Shown here: one piece after another, positions 54,637 through 64,000 of the stretch
How positions within the stretch are numbered: the first letter of the stretch is position 1
How the letters are laid out: the number at the start of each line of letters is the position of its first letter
Notes under the pieces: generated by a model
Told to the model about the DNA's origin: nothing
The model's input: only the letters and a program-made list of their open reading frames with translations
Databases searched by the model: none
Translations under genes and position numbers: made by a program
DNA from: Octopus vulgaris
Taxonomy: Eukaryota
DNA: 64,000 nucleotides
Reading direction: 5' to 3'
NCBI GenBank assembly: GCA_951406725.2
Contig: OX597825.1
Span: 39,246,001-39,310,000 of the forward strand

Positions 54637-54823
54637 ATTTTTCATGCTGGACCTGATATTCTAGTAACTCTTGTAATAACAAAGAATGCTATGGGAAAGT
54701 ATATGTTCTTTCATTTCCCTTTCCTTTCATCCAGAAAAAAATTCTCTGTAATTAAAAAGCAGAAAATACAAAAAAGAAGTGATTGTTTTCCTTGAAGTGC
54801 ATAAACACTCACTTGCTGTTTCA

Positions 54824-54865
<42 letters not shown>

Positions 54866-56164
54866 GCCCTGACAGCAACCTCCAGGGAACAACACACTCA
54901 CACACGCACACATATATGCCCACACTCATACATGCCCACGTATATGTACGTGTGTTTGTGTGAGTGTGTGTACCTGCGTGTGTCTGTCTCTGTGCTCATG
55001 TGATAGGCTGCAGAAAAGCTTCTTGCTCCAAGGATATCGTGAAATGCCTGGTTAGTGGTGTATCGTTCCGATTTCTTTTACTGTGTTTCCAGAAACTGAA
55101 GGGCAACTGCAATAAATGAGTGAATCTGTGAGGGGAATATTTTATATAAAATGATAATTAACTGGTCCACCTCTATTTTCTTTTTCCCAAAGGAGGTGCT
55201 TTCAGCACTCTGTCGTAAATAGAGAAGAAGGAGAGTAAAATGAGCCGGCGTTAATGTTCCTTGTATTAATAAATTTATGATAGATAGCGTTGATATACTT
55301 TGTAAGATCGGCAAATATGAAGTGTGTGAGCCAATAACATGGTAGTAGGAACACATGCACTCAGTGCCGTTTGATATATCTGCACGGGTAAGAAGAGAAA
55401 TAACGATACTTTTTCACTATATGTCGAGAATGAAGAAACATTGCATTTCTTTCTGCTCAGCTGCCTCTGAAAAGGTGTCAAAAAGATCAAATAGCCAAAG
55501 GGTTAAAATTGTCTGAAAGGGATGACTATTTTCTGAAAACCATAAATTTGTAGCACCGTTTCAAATCCAACTACAAATTTACCGATTAGATGATCGTGAA
55601 AATAACCTTCCGGCGATATGCAGAATTACCTTTTCATAGATTCGAGAGAATAAGAAAGATATTGACACTGAATAGCTTGGGCAAACTATTAACAACAGTA
55701 GAAAAAGTAGAAAAATAATTATCGAAACACTCAGCACATTGTTGAATACAAACTTGTGAGATAAGATACATATATAAATATTGTTGAGCTTTAGAGAATT
55801 AAAACTGATCTCAAAGGGGTATAGGTTTTAGAATTAACAGAGTTCCTGGTGTGCTTAAATCTGGTTGAGTTAATGTGTTGGTTAAAATGTTAATAGATGC
55901 ACACACTTAGGTGTGTGTATCTATTAACATAAAGATCTCAGACGGAGAGTTTTGGGAACATTTACAAATGTTCACTGCACTACTAGTAAATTGTGCATTG
56001 AGATTTAGCGTCAGTTTGTTACGCGCGTTTATTTCTAGGTTTTAGTGTAAGTTTATTGGTCTGTCTGTATGCATGTATATACGTACATATATATATATAT
56101 ATGTGGGGGGTGGGGGGTGAGTATCTATGCATGTGTATTTATGTATATATATGTGTATACATGC

Positions 56165-56195
<31 letters not shown>

Positions 56196-57789
56196 ATTCT
56201 GTGTGTATGTGATTGCATGCAAGCCTGAAATCGGAGCCAGTGAATGGATGCAAAACATCGTAAGACAAACAATATCGAGTCTTGTAAAACATACATTCTG
56301 ATATTGCAGAGGATATGCCTTTTAACTTTATTAATTTTGGTTATTTTAGCCAGAGTGCAAGAACAAAAGTAAAGTCCAATACAGTAAATATGAATATAAC
56401 GAAATGTATGTTAATTATCAAGAAACAACCGTCGCCAACTGCATTACAATTGAATAAAACATAAAACAAGTTGACCAGACACCAAATATTCTATTCTGCT
56501 GATATATGCAAACAATACTGGAAACTGAAACAAAAATCAAACGGATTCAGATGCCAAGAGTATCAATCGAAAAAATACCATACGCAGTAATATGAAGAAG
56601 ATCAAATATTGAAACGAGAAAAACATTATTAAAATATTATGTATGATCATTCTACTATATGGAACTGTCTGCTATGAAATTGATTGGAAAAATTGAAAAT
56701 GTGGTCATACACACACAAACAAACACATAAGCATACGGGCAGACACAAACACAATCACACAAACACGCACAAACACAGAGAAACACACAAACACATACAC
56801 TCATATACAAGCACACGCACACACACAGACACATGCTCACTCACACTCCCTCGTGTGCGCTCACGCTCACCCACACACATACACTTATAATGTTATGTAT
56901 GATTATTGTGGGCAAAAAAGTGGACTAAGAATAGTGTGTAAAATGACAATGGGTTTTTATTGAAAATTAACTGGTATTCAAGCACAAAGATTACAATGAA
57001 ATAAGTAGAAAATAGGTTACAGGCACTTGTAGTAAATTAAGGAAATGGCCACGAAAATGAAACATACGAGGATAGGTCACACCTAATAAATAGTAAAATT
57101 CAGTGATCGCTTGAATAAACATATGACACTGAACTCCATGGCTTTTCCTATCTACGTAGAAATAGTCTGTGATATGTGGAGAAGAAGGAGGTGGGGGTGA
57201 GGAGGAGTAGGGGAGGAACAGGAGAAGAAAGAGAAGGAGGAAATGGCTGAGGAGGATGAAGATGAGGATGCGGAAGCATATTATTTCTTTGTCACATAAA
57301 TCTAATATATAAAATGACAATATTTTGAACCCAAGAAAATTGTTAAATAACACACAAATTGTGGCGCGAATTATGTCCAACTCATTTCTCTCTCAATAAG
57401 TCATTTGGGACGCAGCAAAAGAGATGGTCATTTGTTACATGCTGATAATAATTGCTCAAGCAGCTTCTTGAAACATATTAAAAAGAATGTTTTCACGATG
57501 TCTGAATTTCAAAGGATAAAATACTTAACTCTTTATTCACATTTAACCTTGCATCTTTCAAATTGAGAAATATTGATCCTTCTCCCTCTGACTATCTACG
57601 CATATATGTGTGCATGTGTGTTTATGAATGTGTGCTTGTATGTATATGTATGTATGTGCTTATGCGTGTATATTTGTAGGTATGTATGTATGTATGTACA
57701 CACTCATATACTTACACTTTAGATCCATGAACTCCGATGTGGCTTTTAAAACCAGACATTGTATTGAAAAGGTACCTACATAAATAGCA

Positions 57790-58535
57790 TATCATATTTG
57801 GACCACCAAGAAGTGCAGGTAAGTTCTGATCTTTGAGGAACTTAAAATGTCTCTTGATGCCTCCATTAAGCTGGCAGACATTATAGTATACGCGCTATTA
57901 AAATATGTTCACCCTGACACCCGAACCACTAAGCCCCGCGCCTCCACATACAGCTTACTGACAGCTAAGTAAATCTAATTTAGATTTGGTTCAAATGTTA
58001 TCTCCCCTATAAATGGAAGGTGTTCGATTTTTTACCATCCTCCTGTCAACAGATGATGGTCTATTCAAAACTGCAAAGAAACGTTCTACCCAGTTTTATG
58101 AATAGAAGCGATGTCAGTCAAAAGCAAAAGTCCATTTGCTGTTCTCACTGGAGCTGCTGAAGAATATTTTGGCATATATACCTCTTTAACAGAAGACTAC
58201 AAACACTTGGCAGTATTGCTATCATCTACTTCTTGCACCCCTTTGCTCTGTCATTCCATCATTTTAGTTTAATTTTCATTAGAGCAATCTGCACGTTGCC
58301 TTTCAGCTATCTGTTACCTTCGTTTGAGTTGGTGTTTAAGGGCTGAGAAAGAAGTTTATTGCCTAAGTTTTGTTTCTCTAAAAGTAGATCATGAATTTCT
58401 GGTGATTTGCCTGAAAACCAGTCGCTGTATTTACGTGATTTACATGACACTGAAAACCCTGCAGCTTGAAATACTTTTGTTTTGAAATCTTCTCATAGAT
58501 TGTTTGGATCAAAATTGATCTGAGTAAATTTCTAA
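57790..58535 (-). mobile_element. RTE-clade LINE linker fragment
   Basis: Minus strand RKYSDWFSGKSPEIHDLL, VKEVYMPK..APVRTANGLLLLTD, FAVLNRPSSVD. Confidence 0.7.
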
Positions 58536-59339
58536 AATAAAACTGACATCTAAATATATAAACCGACATCTATTTGTATATAATTACATATAAATATGTG
58601 TGCGTGTGCGTGTGCGTGTGTGTGTATATATGCGGGCAAGTACATTTCCAACTACATACAAAAGGGAAATGTCACGAATATTACCAGACATACATTTTAG
58701 CTCTCTTTTATACGAGGAAAATGAAATGGTAAAAAAAAGGAAGCTGCACGTATAACACATAACTTAGAAGCAGCGCTACGAATGTGCCAGCACACACGAG
58801 CTTGAGACATAGTCGACTTCATGCACTTCTCATGAGGAATTCCGGAAGGAGCTTCATGAGACCACTGCTGAGAGGCTTCCAGAAAAATGAAATCAGAAAT
58901 GCCGTTGGAAAACCGATTATAGCAGTGACTCCATGAATTCCTAGGGTTATCTGAAGAAAAAAAATTTATTTCGAAATATCATATCAGACTATAGATTATT
59001 AGATTACAAGTTATTATAGTTCATCGTTGGTATTATAGTGCGTTGTCGTGTCATTCAAAAACTTTTATAATTTTTATATAAAAATATATATACACAGATT
59101 AAAAAAAAGAGGGAGGACAAAGAGTTAAAGTGATTGAAGGAGAATTGTGTTACAGAATTCATTCCAATCTAGGCATGGTAAAATGTAAAACACCAGTACT
59201 TGCTGGGTATAATACCATTGAATTCTCAGTGAGTTAAAACAACAATTAGTGTTCTTTGTTAGCACTATAAAGAATACACACAGCGACGTACACACACGTA
59301 CAGACACAAACACACACACGCACGCATATATCTATATAC

Positions 59340-59356
59340 ACATATATGTATACGCT

Positions 59357-59406
<50 letters not shown>

Positions 59407-59528
59407 AATATATATACATACATATATATATACGTATGTGTACATATATATAGATATGTATAAATATGTATATAGATAGATACAGACATACATATATATA
59501 TATACATATATTTACATGTATATATATA

Positions 59529-59575
<47 letters not shown>

Positions 59576-59730
59576 ATTATAATAATAATAGTAATAATAA
59601 TAATAAGGATGACGACGACGACGACGACAACGATGATGATGGTGATGATGGTGATGATGGCGATGGTGATGATGATTGTGGTGGCGGTGGTGGTGGTGGT
59701 GGTGATGATGATGATGATAATGATGATGAG
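59340..59730. repeat. compound microsatellite (TA)n-(AAT)n-(GAC)n-(GAT/GGT)n
   Basis: Directly visible; explains the His-rich spurious ORF. Confidence 0.95.
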
Positions 59731-60687
59731 TACAAGACAAAAGACGTCAGATGTCGGACTGTTTATTATACCTATTTCGTGATTATAACGACAATATAGG
59801 GAAACTCCATAAGACAGCAGTTTCTTGAAACTTTAAAAATATAAAATTCATTGTGGGTCAGAGTTCCGAAGAAAAAAACAAGACAGTAAATACGTAAAGT
59901 GTAAACAGTCGATAAAGACAAACATAAAAGGTTCTTAGGTCAAGAGAAATTGTAATGGGTAACGCCTAGGAGAAATTTTTTCAATGAAATACAAGTAAAT
60001 AGAATAAAATAAAATAGAATAGAATAATTAGAAGAACATATTAGAAGAAAGATGTCAGGAGTCGAGAAAACTGACCTCCAGCCGAGTGAACGTCTAGACT
60101 AGAAAGACAGGGACAAGGGAAATGGCTTGTAGTCACGTGAGAGTAATAAAAGCAGAGAGGAAGTGGGACAAAAGAGAGGATGACGGAAATAAACAAAAGG
60201 AGTGAATAGAAGGGAGAAGGAACTACAGATAGTAATCATTGGAAAATAGACAGATAGGGGAAGCAGAGAAGTTACTGTGGGATACAGGAGATAAAAGAAA
60301 ACAGTGTGTAGTCACAGAAATAATATATAGATTTAAGAACTCACCGTGGTCAAGGCGGTGTGGGGTTCGATTATAAACAGATAAAATATAAAATGCTCAT
60401 TGTGTACAGGTCACCACCAACAGGTGAAAAATACGTAAACACTCGAAAGAAAAGTACAGGACAAAATAAGAAGATAATTCCTCATCAATAGTCGGACCGG
60501 AATCCCTTACATGTATGTACACCATTTGAATATCTGTAATTCCTCTTTACAAAAGAAACAATTGAAATGAAGAATAATCAATACCAACAATTTCCTTTTT
60601 TCTGCTTCGTTATTCAACAACTCTCTAAATAATAGAAATATTACATTTCTAAATACCTCGGAGAGATATAAGCAGTGGTAGCACGAT

Positions 60688-60915
60688 AGAGCAGTTGTAT
60701 ACTGTCAACTTAACGTGACAGTCCCATAAATGGAATCACACCACCGCTATTTATCCCTAGGAAGCATCAACGCTTCCTGTCGGCCTAGACACATTTCCTG
60801 TCTCCTTATGTTTACAAGGGGTTGGGGACACCTTGATGCTTTCTATGGCTAAATAGTGATGGTGTGATTCTCTTTATGGGACTGTCACGTTAAGTTGACA
60901 GTATACAACTTCTCT
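60688..60915. repeat. fold-back/MITE-like hairpin, ~85-bp arms
   Basis: agttgtatactgtcaacttaacgtgacagtcccataaa is the exact reverse complement of tttatgggactgtcacgttaagttgacagtatacaact. Confidence 0.88.
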
Positions 60916-61959
60916 AAATAATATTTTCATAATTATCAATTTACATATATATATATATATAATTTAATTTCTTCATTCAAGTAAATGTTTTAATGAAACT
61001 CGTACCAGATTCTAAACAGTGATTATGGCTTTGTGCAAAATTTTAAGGGCAAAATCTAGCAATCACTTGGTGAATAGTAAACAAGGGTCAAAACTAGTCA
61101 ATTCATATTTATATATAAATGGCTACACTGGGAGCGAAACATTGTTTCATGAGAGGTGGACCGACAAATCATCATGTCAGCATTAGATATTTGGTGAAAC
61201 ACCACTACTTCATCAGCATTTTGACAGGTACGCGTTTTCAGGAAATAGTTTGCACATATTGGGCATATATTCGATGTAAGTCTCCAGGGACACTCATAAT
61301 TGGAATCACATTTTCAAATACTTTCTGAGTTCGGACAAATAAAATAAAATAATAAGATAAAATTATGTACGATATCAAAATATATATATACGAGCAAAAC
61401 GCCCCCCACCGTCCAATAGACGGTGCTGAGTTGTCAAACATTTAAACCAAATTTTCTGAAAACCACTCGTCCGGCCGTCCCATAGGCCTCCCCTTTGAGA
61501 AACATTTATTTAACCTAAATTTGAGACACCATCAAAAGAAGAAATAAAGAGTTTATTCACACGAATATGCAACCGAAGAGTTTAAAGTACCAGGCTGTTG
61601 ACTGGGAGAACACAAACATGGTTTAAACAGTAAGCTTGGCGGGAAAGAAACGTGCCTTTAAGCAGTACAAAAACAACAAAATATGGAAGGGGCAGTTATG
61701 TTCAAGTTGACGGAAGAAAAGCAGGACAAAAACGATGCATGCAGATGAGTTAACTGGCGGTAAATCTAGATGGAAAAACATGATGAATTTATGAAAAAGT
61801 ACCTGGGACAATAATAGGTTTATCCAATAAAACATGTAGGAAATCAAGTTGGGGCGATTTTTTATGAAAAGCAACAACCTTGGGAACTAAGTAACTAATT
61901 TTATGCTAACTTACTTTACGTGATTTCAAGGGCATGGAAAAGCTAGTTGCAAAAGCTGA

Positions 61960-62170
61960 TGTACTTGAGCGTACAAATGCACGTTCCCACGGCTTTATAG
62001 ATCGCATTCTCACCTGGAATCGATTTTTGTAAATTTTTCAAGACTTATACACGCCCCTGATACCGTCGGTATCTACATATCAAATTTGAGAGTAATCGGA
62101 TGGAGGATGCCCGAGATCATAGAAGACACACACACACACACACACACAGAACGGATTTTATATAATAGAT
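61960..62170 (-). mobile_element. possible non-autonomous Helitron 5' end
   Basis: Minus strand begins aTCtattatataaaatccgttctgtgtgtg, a typical Helitron 5' pattern; no 3' hairpin-CTAG identified. Confidence 0.4.
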
Positions 62171-62938
62171 TTTTTCATAGGTGTACGAGAAATCGAATAG
62201 TTTGTGTATACTTGCTTCGCAATAAATGAAATATGTTTGGGTGAAACTATACCCATAAGCAAAGGAGTGCTTGGTTAGTGTTCACATTGATATGATCTCC
62301 GTTTAGGAAGGGGTAAAGTAGTTGAACCAAGCGGTATAGTGTAATCTCACAAATCTATGTGTCCAAAACAACTGCACCACGTTTTAGAGTCCTATTTGCT
62401 AGTGAGTGATTCATTAATGAAAGTATTTAAAAACACTTACCGCACAGTCACATCCTTGTCAAATTTTCTTTGTTCTTATGAACGATGATCAATTTCCTGC
62501 TTTATGTTTTAATCCTCATCTCACATCAGAATGCGATGGAAGCAATCGCCAACAACCTTCTACTATCTTTGAACGATCATGCAAAGTGACTTCATATATT
62601 CATTGTAGGCTTTATTTCTTAAGCAAAACCGGTGTCACTCTTGTATTCTTAAGCGAAATTAGTTCTCTTCGCATGGAGCAGTTTCTTTAAGGATATTCCC
62701 ACCTTTCTTGTGGTGAAACTGGTCCACATATGCAAATCATCGTCGTCACTATAGGATGTGTAGGTTTAGTATCCATGAACCACAACCTCGTTTCTCTTAG
62801 CTTGGTAAGTCCACTTCGTATCCAGTATGCGCAAGTGAAGGCCTACACAATTTGTGGCAGACTTTTCCTTGCTTACATTAGATGTTCTAGGTCTTCCCTC
62901 CATAAACGCTGGAAACACAAGCTTTGTAGACTGCAATA

Positions 62939-62979
<41 letters not shown>

Positions 62980-64000
62980 AGAGAAGAGAGAGAAAAAGAG
63001 AGAGAGACAGAAATAGAAAGGCGGGAAACAAAAAGATAGAGGGAGAGGGAAAGCAATACAAATAAGGACATTTTGAAGCTGCTGATATAAATACCTAACA
63101 TAGTAGAGGTGAGAATAATTTTGTTTGCGAATAATACACACTACAGAAACGTCAGGAGAATAAAGTCAGACAATAATCGTGTAGCAAATCCTTTATTAAA
63201 TTTACGAAGGGCAATGATAAATTGAAACGGCTTTATTTCCCTTTTATAGTCAGCCCGATTGAGATTTGCTCACTGTAAATAATGCCGTTACTGATCAACT
63301 TACAGTTTAAAATATGGCATGTTATTGTAAATCCTGGAATAGACTTTGCAATATATCATTGCAGATATGTTGCCTTACCAATTCTGATATTCCATATGTT
63401 CGTAAAACTATAATATTACTATTGGATTATTTTTGCATAAATTGCTTTTGTTTTCATATATTAGAATATTTTGCTGAATGTTCCCCATATCTAACTATTA
63501 ACTATAAGGATGACAGATAAATTTCTGAGAGCGTAATCTAGTCATATTACTAAATAGTTCATATTATTTACCTCGAATGCGTGACAATATATTAAGATAT
63601 TTTCATTTTCTAGTTGTTTAGCTATCGAATACTTTGATTAAACGTGTACAATCAGAGTCGATGTTCAATAAATAATAGTTTTCTATGAACATATTAGACA
63701 TAATTTTCAATGGAACATTTATGATCCACTAAGATTCCGGGCATGTTATCTATTTCGAATGTATTGCCGGTCTAGAGTAGTATGTGTTCTCGAATAATGC
63801 AGAACGTTATTGGATTTTAAATATGTATATTGGAGCATAGAATTAAATTTTCTTTCAAAGAGAATATGCATGTAATCGTTTATCTGTTCATGTATAATTT
63901 CGTTGGCAGCAGACTCAACAATTTCTTTACACTACCGAAAATATGTATGTAATAAGTCTCGACTTCTTGCTGTCCTTCTTCGTGTTTACGATAATCTCAG

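Noticed and set aside
62200-64000. Host exons or promoter in the terminal unique-looking DNA
   Set aside because: Short ORFs show no recognisable motifs, and nothing can be supported without transcript or homology data.

Overview
AT-rich, repeat-saturated animal genomic DNA. The SINE families, the (TA)n/(AAT)n/(GAA)n density and the element mix suggest a coleoid cephalopod such as Octopus (inference). No intact host gene is visible, and most predicted ORFs are microsatellite artefacts. The window is a mosaic of R4/Dong-type RLE retrotransposons in (AAT)n tracts (one young copy with an open ~717-codon RT-zinc finger-RLE frame), many Penelope-like elements (PLEs) and their inverted pLTR hairpins with hammerhead-ribozyme cores, RTE/CR1/Tx1-like LINE relics, mariner/Tc1/Chapaev3/Helitron-like DNA-transposon relics and tRNA-derived SINEs. 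Most notable: (1) an intron-containing pre-tRNA-Met(CAT) copy fused to a full SINE, inserted as one unit with a 7-bp target-site duplication (TSD) inside a Penelope RT; (2) a 6.65-kb nested fold-back (30108-36760) centred on a PLE that duplicates a flanking mariner; (3) about ten hammerhead-like cores in fold-back elements beside (TA)n; (4) a decayed PARP-like catalytic exon. Element boundaries are approximate unless stated as exact.
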